A stretch of 64,000 nt of DNA from Patescibacteria group bacterium (GTDB lineage Bacteria > Patescibacteriota > Minisyncoccia > Phycocordibacterales > PALSA-1337). A model generated the notes under the pieces. The model was given only the letters and a program-made list of their open reading frames with translations. It did no database searches and was not told the origin of the DNA. Below, piece by piece: positions 9,272 to 18,008 of the stretch. Positions within the stretch are counted from its first letter, which is position 1. Each line of letters starts with the position of its first letter. The translations under genes were made by a program, and so were the position numbers. The stretch is from assembly GCA_038064415.1 (NCBI GenBank), contig JBBTTD010000003.1, positions 2,597 to 66,596 on the forward strand, written 5' to 3'.

Positions 9272-9455
9272 AGCAACAAAAAGTACATGTGTTTTGATGT
9301 GCCTGCGGAACTCGCTTCTGAAATTACTAAATAAAAGGCTCAGGAATCACACAAAGCAAAGCTTTGGTGATTCCAACGCCATTCGCCTTTTATTAAGTAA
9401 TTTCTAGTCGCTCAGACAGTCCTCGGCAATCAAAACACATGTACTTTTTGTTGCT
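9272..9455 (+). repeat. Copy 1 of 125-nt structured repeat element (core 9302..9426) nested in a perfect 27-bp inverted repeat (9272..9298 / 9429..9455)
   Basis: Core begins CCTGCGGAACTC and ends CAGTCCTCGG; ~85-90% identical to cores at 38131..38255 and 47901..48025; lies between convergent genes. Confidence 0.8.
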
Positions 9456-9476
9456 CCTTAATTCTCCTTCTGTTTA

Positions 9477-10430
9477 CTACTCATAAAAGTTAACCAAATA
9501 GTCGTCAATCGTCCTCTGATCTAAGTCATAGAAATTCTTTTTTTGATCATGCAGATAAGTCGCCAATTTGACTCCCACAAATCTCCAGTGCCATGGTTCA
9601 AAGACATAGAATTTATTGTCTTTTGAATATGAGATTATAAATCCATAGCGATATGCGTTAGCTAGAAGCCATGTGTAAGTTTTTGTCGCGTCAAAACCAT
9701 CAAGCACACCGCCAAGTCCAGAAGTTATAAGATCAACCGTTGTTCCAAGTTGGTGTTCTGAATAACCTTGATCGGCGGAGAATGAATTTGCCGAACCTGC
9801 TCCGTAGTTTACTGTATACGCGCCTTTGAGTGCTTGTTGTTCATTGAATGAACGATACGCTGAAAAAACATAGGTAATGACATTGTCTTTTTTCGCGCCA
9901 TCAATCATTTTTTTTAGATATGTCCAAACTTCCGGAATGACTTGCAGACTTTTTGAATCGCTGTATTTATAATCACTGGTTATTTCTGCCAGACGCGCTG
10001 GCGCGTAGTATTCGTTCAAAAAGAAAACTTTGGAGTATTTCTGCAATAATTGTGAGTCGGTTTTACTCAATTTTTGTAATGTACTGACGGTACTTGATAC
10101 ATCGCCAACTTGCTGTTGATAAGTTCCGAGCTTTTGCGCGATGTTACCGACATTTTGCTTTTCTTGGTCAAGCGCGATGGAGAGGGTATTGCGCGTGCTG
10201 GCGATATTTTCTTGGAGACTTGCAGTTGACGAGGCAAGTTGCTGTTTTAACGAAGAAATATCTCCCGATTGGTTATTTATCTTATCATTGAGTCTACTCA
10301 AATTGATCTGTCCATAAGTTCCTATGAAAATAATTAGTAAGGCAAATATCAAAAAAGTGTAAAAAATTCCACGGTTTTCTGGTCGGATTAGTTTCAGCAA
10401 TTCCTTCGTTTTTTTTATTGGATTAATCAT
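9477..10430 (-). CDS. Peptidase M15 (VanY-like D-Ala-D-Ala carboxypeptidase) with N-terminal TM and coiled-coil
   Basis: Motifs SAYRS, SEHQLGTTVDL and EPWHWR match the Zn-binding motifs of the M15B family. Confidence 0.6.
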   Translation of the reverse strand: MINPIKKTKELLKLIRPENRGIFYTFLIFALLIIFIGTYGQINLSRLNDKINNQSGDISSLKQQLASSTASLQENIASTRNTLSIALDQEKQNVGNIAQKLGTYQQQVGDVSSTVSTLQKLSKTDSQLLQKYSKVFFLNEYYAPARLAEITSDYKYSDSKSLQVIPEVWTYLKKMIDGAKKDNVITYVFSAYRSFNEQQALKGAYTVNYGAGSANSFSADQGYSEHQLGTTVDLITSGLGGVLDGFDATKTYTWLLANAYRYGFIISYSKDNKFYVFEPWHWRFVGVKLATYLHDQKKNFYDLDQRTIDDYLVNFYE

Positions 10431-10505
10431 GGCTATTTAGACATTATATATTGAAATGCTGAAAATCACCAAAATCTGTTACAATGATGATGTGGTGATT
10501 CTTCA

Positions 10506-11249
10506 ATGATTACGCCAATTCTAATCTCAATTTTGGCCTCCATTGCCGCATTCGCGGGTGGTTTTGTTGCTCTCAAATTTAGAGACAAATTGCACTTGAT
10601 ACTTGGTTTTTCCGCTGGGACATTGATTGGCGCCGCGCTTTTTGATCTGATACCGGAATCTATTGAGCTTGGTTCCACATTTTATGGTTCAGGGACATTG
10701 ACGGCATTGACAGCGCTGGGCTTTTTGACTTATCTGGTTTTGGATAGGATATTTTCATTTCATGAGCATACTATTGAATATCACACTGCCGAAAAAAATC
10801 AGACGAATATACACAAATCCGGCTCACTTGGCGCCGCCAGTTTTTGTCTTCACAGTTTGATTGATGGTTTGGCAATTGGTCTATCATTTCAGGTCTCAAC
10901 GCTAGTTGGTTCAGTTGTCGCTGTTGCCGTGATAGCACACAGATTTTCTGATGGCATAAATACCGTCGGTGTAATACTTAGACATCGTGGAGAAAATCAG
11001 ACGGCTTTAGGTTGGCTGACGGCGGTGGCGATCGCCCCGATTATCGGAACATTGGCGACCTCCTTTATTTCAGTTTCAAATTTAGCCCTAGCGGTTATCC
11101 TAGCTGTGTTTGCCGGATTTTTTCTTTACATTGGCGCAAGCGATCTTATTCCAGAAGGAAAGCATAGTCATTCAAAAATTTTGACGACAATCATGACGCT
11201 GATTGGCGCGATGGCACTTTATGTTATTGTTCATTTATCGGGTGTGTGA
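10506..11249 (+). CDS. ZIP-family divalent metal transporter (ZupT-like)
   Basis: 8-TM protein with HSLIDGLAIGLSFQ and HRFSDG motifs. Confidence 0.6.
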   Translation: MITPILISILASIAAFAGGFVALKFRDKLHLILGFSAGTLIGAALFDLIPESIELGSTFYGSGTLTALTALGFLTYLVLDRIFSFHEHTIEYHTAEKNQTNIHKSGSLGAASFCLHSLIDGLAIGLSFQVSTLVGSVVAVAVIAHRFSDGINTVGVILRHRGENQTALGWLTAVAIAPIIGTLATSFISVSNLALAVILAVFAGFFLYIGASDLIPEGKHSHSKILTTIMTLIGAMALYVIVHLSGV

Positions 11250-11300
11250 TGATACTGACCAAGTTTATTGACTATATGTTAAAATATTATTAATTAAATT

Positions 11301-12611
11301 ATGTTAAAGCCTCATATTGTCATTTTGGGTGCTGGATTCGGCGGCGTGTATACTGCCAAGAAGTTGTTAAAATATGTCAAAAAAGGCAGGATTGACGTGA
11401 CTATCGTCAATCGCACTAATTATTTTCTTTTCACCCCACTTCTCCATGAGGTAGCTACCGGATCACTTTCGCCAATTAGCGTCGCCGAACCTTTGCGTGA
11501 GATATTTTCTGGAACTGGAATCAGGATTGTTCAAGGTACTGTTGAATCTATAAATTCCGAGAAAAAGACCGTTAAACTCAAAGGATATAGCCATGAATGC
11601 TCGCTAAGCTATGATTATTTAGTTATTGCCACTGGCGCGGAAACAAATTATTATGACATTCCCGGAGCTGAAAAATTTTCTTATCCGCTGAAAGATCTCC
11701 TTGACGCCACGCGGATTCGTTCACGAATAATAGATTCTTTTGAACAGGCGGTTCTGACCAAAGATCCGACGGAGCGCGCCAGACTCCTCACTTTTGTGGT
11801 TATCGGCGGTGGCGCGACAGGCGTTGAGGTCGTTTCTGAATTGACTGAGTTTATCAATGAAATGGTAAAACGCTATTACAGCGCGACTAAAGATTGTGAA
11901 ATTGGCGACCAGATGTCGTGTCGGCCAGAAGAATTCTCGGTCAATCTCGTGCATGCCGGTCCTGAAGTTCTCCAGACATTTTCGCCAACTCTTCGCAAAT
12001 CTGCAGAAAAAAGGTTGCGTGACAGAGGGGTAGTCATAAATTTAAATACCATCGTGACTGAAGTCACATCCCAAGGATTAAAGTTTTCCAATTCTACTTC
12101 TATTTCAACCAATACGATCATTTGGAACGCGGGAGTTAAATCGGTTATTCCACACTTTGAATCAGGCACCCCAGCGCTTGTTTCTGGTCGTTTGATTGTT
12201 GATAAGTATTTTCATCTAGGCAATGATCAAAAAATTTTTGCTTTTGGAGATGTGGCCGGATATGTTGACCAGGAATCATTAAAAGATAATCCGACGAATA
12301 TAAAAATATTTCCAATGCTAGCTCAAGTCGCCACCAAACAAGCTGACATTATTTCAAAAAATCTGATCGCGTCTATTCGTGACAAACCGCTTGGTGATTT
12401 CAAGTATCATTCCAAAGGCAGTCTCGTCTCAGTCGGGAAGCGGTTTGCGATTGGCGAAATATTTTCTTTTCACATTTTTGGCACGCTGACTTGGTATTTG
12501 TGGCGAATTGTCTATCTTTTCAAGTTTGCTTCTAGAAAAAAGCGTATTCGTATTGCTTTTGAATGGGCACTTGGATTGGTATATCCGCGAGATATTACCA
12601 AGCTGACATAA
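11301..12611 (+). CDS. ndh: Type II NADH dehydrogenase (NDH-2; pyridine nucleotide-disulfide oxidoreductase)
   Basis: N-terminal Rossmann ILGAGFGGVYTA; second dinucleotide site VVIGGGATGVE; FAFGDVAG motif. Confidence 0.7.
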   Translation: MLKPHIVILGAGFGGVYTAKKLLKYVKKGRIDVTIVNRTNYFLFTPLLHEVATGSLSPISVAEPLREIFSGTGIRIVQGTVESINSEKKTVKLKGYSHECSLSYDYLVIATGAETNYYDIPGAEKFSYPLKDLLDATRIRSRIIDSFEQAVLTKDPTERARLLTFVVIGGGATGVEVVSELTEFINEMVKRYYSATKDCEIGDQMSCRPEEFSVNLVHAGPEVLQTFSPTLRKSAEKRLRDRGVVINLNTIVTEVTSQGLKFSNSTSISTNTIIWNAGVKSVIPHFESGTPALVSGRLIVDKYFHLGNDQKIFAFGDVAGYVDQESLKDNPTNIKIFPMLAQVATKQADIISKNLIASIRDKPLGDFKYHSKGSLVSVGKRFAIGEIFSFHIFGTLTWYLWRIVYLFKFASRKKRIRIAFEWALGLVYPRDITKLT

Positions 12612-12653
12612 TCCATATCACCAAGTTTCAAGTGGTTACATCTTATGCGTCTA

Positions 12654-12692
12654 AATAAAAAAAGCGTAGCTCCGAATCGGAGCTACGCTTGG
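12654..12692. terminator. Bidirectional rho-independent terminator between convergent genes
   Basis: A-tract + perfect hairpin AGCGTAGCTCCG-AAT-CGGAGCTACGCT. Confidence 0.6.
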
Positions 12693-12708
12693 GATGATGG
12701 TGAAATCA

Positions 12709-13638
12709 TCAAAAAATGGATCTGAACCAATTTACAGAGTCGGGCCATGGCGCGAAAAACCCGACACTGGTCAGCACCTCCTGATGTCCTTCATAGGGGC
12801 CAGATTTGACACTAGCATAAATGACCCCCGGGATTCTGGATTTTTTCAAGATATGTTCCAGACGAGCCGAGAACACCGGTGGCCGATCGGAAGAATTGAA
12901 TTTAGTCGGATCAAACGAACCGCCGATGACTAATTGGCTCTGATCGGTAAAAGGAATGATAATTTGTTCTTGAATTCTGACCATTCCGATTCTATCATCC
13001 AGCGGAGTGACTATTCTGAAATTAGATCGAAGGATTGGCTTTTCACCCAATCGTCCAATGTCAGCGTCAATGTATGAGTATCCGTCCCACGGTCTTATCC
13101 CATATCGCAGTATATTTGTCTTGCGAGTTCTCTGCCACCGCGAATTTCCGATAGTCGCGGTTGATGGAGATGCCGAAGTCGGATCAAGGCGTTCTTCCGT
13201 GGTGTTGCCGATTGATCCACTCAAGAATCTAAAGAAAGATTTTTGTTCAAAATCTTCCCAATAATCTATTGACAGATTTGGCAGTGCCACGACAGACTCT
13301 CTCAAACTATCCAGAGCGGTATCAATAAACACATCTCTGCCGGTGTTAATGACGCGTTGATGGATCTCGTAGTTTTCTTTGTTTATTTTTCGAGTCCAAT
13401 TGAATGCCGACGGGCCGCCAAATCGGTCAAAAGAAATTTCCTGACCATTCTTTTCAATTTCTTGACGATACAGACTCCAAAAATTGTCATCCTGTTTTTT
13501 GGCGTTTAATTCGTACACCATTTTCGCATAGGCGACTGCCATCCGGTTGGTATTGGTCGTGCCAGCTACCAAATTAACTACTGTCGTAAGATACATTACT
13601 ATGACCGCTAAAGTCAGATAGATTTTTCTCATAATCAA
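12709..13638 (-). CDS. Secreted hypothetical protein
   Basis: ORF track; N-terminal signal peptide; no recognised domain. Confidence 0.35.
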   Translation of the reverse strand: MIMRKIYLTLAVIVMYLTTVVNLVAGTTNTNRMAVAYAKMVYELNAKKQDDNFWSLYRQEIEKNGQEISFDRFGGPSAFNWTRKINKENYEIHQRVINTGRDVFIDTALDSLRESVVALPNLSIDYWEDFEQKSFFRFLSGSIGNTTEERLDPTSASPSTATIGNSRWQRTRKTNILRYGIRPWDGYSYIDADIGRLGEKPILRSNFRIVTPLDDRIGMVRIQEQIIIPFTDQSQLVIGGSFDPTKFNSSDRPPVFSARLEHILKKSRIPGVIYASVKSGPYEGHQEVLTSVGFFAPWPDSVNWFRSIF

Positions 13639-13784
13639 TTCCCCGGTTGTGCTTTTTGCTTGTTTTCAATTTTACAAAAACTTCAAATATACTAACGCTA
13701 TTTAAAAAATCCGCAACCTTGACCTCTTTAATTTTCAATGATTAAGATTGCCTCACTCCAATTTTGGCACAGATAAATAAAAGA

Positions 13785-13804
13785 GGGAACCCGTTGCGGT
13801 TCCC
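13785..13804 (-). terminator. Rho-independent terminator of gene 13831..14118
   Basis: GGGAACC-CGTTGC-GGTTCCC hairpin followed by T-run on minus strand. Confidence 0.5.
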
Positions 13805-13830
13805 ACTGCTTTTGATTTCTTCGTGTTTGC

Positions 13831-14118
13831 TCAAGTTTTGAGCATGCGTTCAAATCTTTCAATGTATGTTCTCAAGAACTGTTGTTGAAGTTGAGGAGGA
13901 ATCACACTCAACATGTCTAGCATTGTTGAGGCGGGATTGAGTTGCGCGCACCACTTTTCCGTGGATCCACCCTCACCAATTTCGTGGCAAATTTTCCAGA
14001 ACAAACTTTCGTCGTAGTAGAGCTCCGGTTTGTTGGCAATAAGTTCTTCGCATTTCATTTGCACAAACAAAACGACAGACTTTTTTAGGGAACCAGTCCC
14101 GGTACTTGTTGAATCCAT
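13831..14118 (-). CDS. Hypothetical protein
   Basis: ORF track only. Confidence 0.3.
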   Translation of the reverse strand: MDSTSTGTGSLKKSVVLFVQMKCEELIANKPELYYDESLFWKICHEIGEGGSTEKWCAQLNPASTMLDMLSVIPPQLQQQFLRTYIERFERMLKT

Positions 14119-14184
14119 ATTATTACCTTTACACTGTCTTCCAAATACACTGTATCAGGGTCATAATTTTGTGTCAAATACCCC

Positions 14185-14214
14185 TTGACAGAATAGGTAG
14201 TGGTGTGCTATAAT
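14185..14214 (+). promoter_or_regulatory. Near-consensus sigma70-type promoter (TTGACA-18-TGcTATAAT)
   Basis: TTGACA at 14185-14190, extended -10 TGCTATAAT at 14206-14214; drives gene 14317..15360. Confidence 0.5.
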
Positions 14215-14316
14215 GGCCAAGTAAATAGGGCATTCCTGCATTCATGCAAATGGATGGGAAACGAGTCTTATCTTACGAGGCAAAAAGCACAAAACCAAAC
14301 GAAAGGACCTTTACAT

Positions 14317-15360
14317 ATGAAATTCACAAGAATATTGTTCGGCTTCATGAATGGCAATTACGATTGCAAAAATGGAGTCGGCATGGTGGCGGTGGACGAT
14401 CCCAATCTCAAAAGTGACATCAAAGTCACGAGGGAGAAGGGTCCGTTCTTCGTCGGTGCTGGCAATGAGAGTCCGTATTTCCTGAATGGGGAATATATCA
14501 AAGACCCTCCGATCAACATGACCGAAGTCGCACTTGAAGTAGCTGGGAGAGACGATGATCCCGTGGTCATTGCCTGGGGCTTGAAAAAGTCTTGGGACAA
14601 GACTCTACAGGTCATTGGTTCGCGTCCCCACTTCCGCGTCATGACTGAGAATCGGTTTAAGGGACAGATGATGTCTCATGAAGTTCGCGAAGTGAAGTCT
14701 TTTGAGGGTAACCTCAAGGATCTCGTCGCGACCTCGGCCAGAACCGGCGAATTCGTCAGCAAGACTGATAAATTCGCGCCTGTTTATCAGGCGATGAAAG
14801 GCATCACTGCTCTTAATCGGTTCCAGCGCCGGACCAAGAATGGTGCTACTCCCGCCGAAGATGTCTATGTTGACTGCCAAGATCCTCGACCATTTCCGGT
14901 CGGCGCGGTTTATCGGTTAACTCGCGTCGTTGACGGCAAAATGGCTGACAAGCTCGGCATCGGCACCGCTCTGGAACTCAACTTCCGTTATCCGCTGGGA
15001 GCTTCGACCGACAAACTCGCCAGGTTCAAGCCGGAAGAGTTGATCTGGGAAAAGCGGGAAGTGAAGCCGACAGAAATGATTCACAAAGTCCAGGAGATCT
15101 GGGTTGAAGTCGCTGACCCTCGTCCGAAACTTGAGCTTCCTGCTTCAATGAGGGTCAAGGTTGAGGAAAAATCACAGATTGCTGTCGTTGAAACTGTTGT
15201 TACCGCTCCAGCAACGGAGTCGGCGACAACCGCTTCTTCCGAGGTTCCGGCAACTGCTCCGATCAAGAAGTCCGTGGCAATGCCCAAGCGCCCCAAAAAG
15301 GTCTTGAGCACCAGAGTCAACGGGTTCGCGACGCTCGAGCAAGTACTCGTCATCGGATAG
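14317..15360 (+). CDS. Hypothetical protein (start chosen downstream of promoter; ORF-track start 14200 overlaps the -10 box)
   Basis: ORF track; GC content higher than genome average; acidic, Ala/Thr-rich C-terminal tail. Confidence 0.35.
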   Translation: MKFTRILFGFMNGNYDCKNGVGMVAVDDPNLKSDIKVTREKGPFFVGAGNESPYFLNGEYIKDPPINMTEVALEVAGRDDDPVVIAWGLKKSWDKTLQVIGSRPHFRVMTENRFKGQMMSHEVREVKSFEGNLKDLVATSARTGEFVSKTDKFAPVYQAMKGITALNRFQRRTKNGATPAEDVYVDCQDPRPFPVGAVYRLTRVVDGKMADKLGIGTALELNFRYPLGASTDKLARFKPEELIWEKREVKPTEMIHKVQEIWVEVADPRPKLELPASMRVKVEEKSQIAVVETVVTAPATESATTASSEVPATAPIKKSVAMPKRPKKVLSTRVNGFATLEQVLVIG

Positions 15361-15504
15361 CGTTATCAGATAGACAGTGTTGAAAATTCACGAAGGTCCA
15401 GCTACAAGTTGTGGCTGGCCTTTTTTATTATCCACAATTATTACACACGATTTCACCGAGACAGATCTGATGAAAATGTCGCTCTTTCTGCTATACTCTT
15501 ATTC

Positions 15505-17307
15505 ATGACCCAGAATCAAGCTTTGGACATTTTGAAGATGGGTAAGAATGTTTTTATAACCGGACCGGCAGGTTCGGGTAAAACATTTGTAGTCAATCAA
15601 TATATTAGATATCTGAAAGAACATGGAGTCGCGATTGGTATTACCGCCTCAACGGGAATTGCCGCTACCCATATGGGCGGTATAACTATTCATTCTTGGT
15701 CAGGGATGGGTTTGAAAAACAATATGAGCGAATATGACTTGGCTGACCTTTTGGAGAGGACTCAAGTAGTTCGTAGAATTAAAGAGGCTTCTGTGTTGAT
15801 TATTGATGAGGTTTCAATGTTGCATCATTTTCGTCTTGATACCTTAAATACAATCGCTCAACATGTTCGTAAAAATAAAGAGCCGTTTGGCGGTTTGCAA
15901 ATCGTGCTGTGCGGAGATTTTTTTCAACTTCCGCCAATCGCGAAATACGGTGAACCTGACACGCATTTTATATATAGATCAGAAGCTTGGCGTGATGGAA
16001 AATTTACCGTTTGTTATTTACATGAAAATTATCGCCATATTTCAGACGATATTCTTTTTGTCTTAAATGAAGTTCGTGCTGGAAAAGTCTCTGATGCGGC
16101 GAGGTCTCGGCTGAACGGCAGAAGAAATATAATTCAAAATAGTGATTCTGAATTTGGACCAACTCGCCTCTTTACTCACAATGTTGATGTGGATAAGGTC
16201 AATGATCTTGAACTCAACAAAGTTCAAGGTCATGAATCAACATATGAGATGACCTCAAAAGGTAAAAAATCTTTGGTAGATGGATTGAAAAAATCTTGTC
16301 TAGCTCCAACAAAACTTCGTTTGAAAAAAGGCGCTCGGGTAATGTGCGTCAAGAACAATTTTGATCAAGGTTATGTCAATGGGACTTTGGGCGTAGTCGT
16401 ATCTTGTGGTTACGGCATTGACCCAGTGATTCATACCGCTAGCACTCCAGATTTTCCAAGTGGTCGGCGAGTGACCATTGAGTTGGCTGATTGGACAATT
16501 GAAGATGATGGCAGAGTCTTGGCCAAAATCACTCAATATCCTTTGCGTTTAGCTTGGGCAATAACGGTTCATAAAAGTCAGGGCATGAGTCTAGATTCAA
16601 TTGAAGTTGATCTCTCTAAAGCTTTTGAGCCGGGTATGGGATATGTAGCACTGTCACGGGTCCGTACTTTGGCGGGCTTAAGTATTATTGGCATAAATGA
16701 AAATGCGCTAAAAGTTCATCCGGAGGTATTAGAGTATGACAAACATTTGCGCGAATTATCTGGAAAAGCTGAAAGCGTGATTGAGTATACTGACACAGCT
16801 GAAATAATCCGCACTCAAGAAGGATTTTTGGCAAAAGTGGCGCCACTGCACCGAATAGGTCGCAAGGCACAAGGTTCTAATTACAATGAGGGAAAACCAG
16901 AAAAAGTCTCGACATTTCAGAGAACAGTAGCTCTTATTCAAAAGCAAAAATCTGTGCTTGAAATCGCAAAGGAGCGAAAAAAGACGATTGAGACGATTAT
17001 TCACCATATTGAAAAATTGATTGAAGTTGGTTCAGATAGAGGCGGTCTGAATTTATCCGACATCTCATATTTGAAAAAAGAAATTTCCCCGATTCATTTT
17101 CTGAAAATTGAAAAAGCGCTTGAAGAAGTATCTCTTGAAAAAAATGCCAGTAATGATTCAGATGAGAATAAATCTAAGCCACCTCTACTTTCCGCGATAA
17201 AAAGAAAAGTTGAGCCGAACATCTCGTTTCGTGAGATTCAATTGGTTAGAGTTTTACTTGGGTATGTTAAGCGTGGTGAGCGAGTCAGCGACAGCGCGTC
17301 TCACTAG
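15505..17307 (+). CDS. Pif1/RecD-family 5'-3' DNA helicase with C-terminal extension
   Basis: Walker A GPAGSGKTF; motifs DEVSML, GGLQIVLCGDFFQLPP, TVHKSQGMSLD, ALSRVR; likely start at MTQNQ (ORF-track start 15409 probably too early). Confidence 0.65.
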   Translation: MTQNQALDILKMGKNVFITGPAGSGKTFVVNQYIRYLKEHGVAIGITASTGIAATHMGGITIHSWSGMGLKNNMSEYDLADLLERTQVVRRIKEASVLIIDEVSMLHHFRLDTLNTIAQHVRKNKEPFGGLQIVLCGDFFQLPPIAKYGEPDTHFIYRSEAWRDGKFTVCYLHENYRHISDDILFVLNEVRAGKVSDAARSRLNGRRNIIQNSDSEFGPTRLFTHNVDVDKVNDLELNKVQGHESTYEMTSKGKKSLVDGLKKSCLAPTKLRLKKGARVMCVKNNFDQGYVNGTLGVVVSCGYGIDPVIHTASTPDFPSGRRVTIELADWTIEDDGRVLAKITQYPLRLAWAITVHKSQGMSLDSIEVDLSKAFEPGMGYVALSRVRTLAGLSIIGINENALKVHPEVLEYDKHLRELSGKAESVIEYTDTAEIIRTQEGFLAKVAPLHRIGRKAQGSNYNEGKPEKVSTFQRTVALIQKQKSVLEIAKERKKTIETIIHHIEKLIEVGSDRGGLNLSDISYLKKEISPIHFLKIEKALEEVSLEKNASNDSDENKSKPPLLSAIKRKVEPNISFREIQLVRVLLGYVKRGERVSDSASH

Positions 17308-17380
17308 CTGGATCACTCCCATTGATTTTATTTTTGATTGATTGACCGACTTTATTAAGAATTAATTGATCAATAAAAAA

Positions 17381-17430
17381 TCTCGAGACATTGGGTGTCT
17401 CGAGAGGTGTGCTGGTTGACAAGGTCAACC
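17381..17430. terminator. Bidirectional terminator (two hairpins) between convergent genes
   Basis: TCTCGAGACA-TTGGG-TGTCTCGAGA and GGTTGAC-AAG-GTCAACC. Confidence 0.5.
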
Positions 17431-17808
17431 CAATTGGCTTTCTCGTCGTAAAAATTCTTTCACCCAAGACCCGTCAACACTTAAGACCTCATCAGATTCT
17501 TTCTCCCAGATGATGTGGGTTGCGATCCCGTCAATCTTGAATGGTTTGATCACCAATCGCATAGTGAAACTACTTCCTTTGTAGGTCACTTTAACTTCAA
17601 AAAGATAACCACTGACTCCAGAACTTTTTGTGCTTCTAAATGTCGTTGTGATTTTGCATCTGAAGTTAGGACTTCGGAGCTCTTCTTTTTTGGCTCGTGT
17701 TTTGATCATTTCGCCAGCCACAGTGGTGACTATGTTCACGATTTTTTGTACGGCATCATTGCTCACACACGCCCCAATCACTACACAATCCGCGACTAGT
17801 TGTTTCAT
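17425..17808 (-). CDS. Hypothetical protein
   Basis: ORF track only. Confidence 0.3.
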   Translation of the reverse strand: MKQLVADCVVIGACVSNDAVQKIVNIVTTVAGEMIKTRAKKEELRSPNFRCKITTTFRSTKSSGVSGYLFEVKVTYKGSSFTMRLVIKPFKIDGIATHIIWEKESDEVLSVDGSWVKEFLRRESQLG

Positions 17809-18008
17809 AGTTTGTGCTATTTGAAGGTTTTTGTTTTTACTCCAGTAACTTACTCCACGGAAAGATTACCACTATTGGTAATAGATGTCAACATCATTGA
17901 CTTTTCTGTTCAAATAATATATAGTAGTAATCTAATCAATCTCTCATCGTTTGCCCATGGTTAAGGGCCTTCAGTTGGGAATAATATAGCCCAACGGCTC
18001 AATAATTC

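Noticed and set aside
9302-9426. Conserved 10-aa mini-ORF (MALESPKLCF / MALELPSRRF) on the minus strand inside each copy of the 125-nt repeat
   Set aside because: Too short, no RBS, and the conservation is better explained by the base-paired helices (compensatory changes) than by coding constraint.
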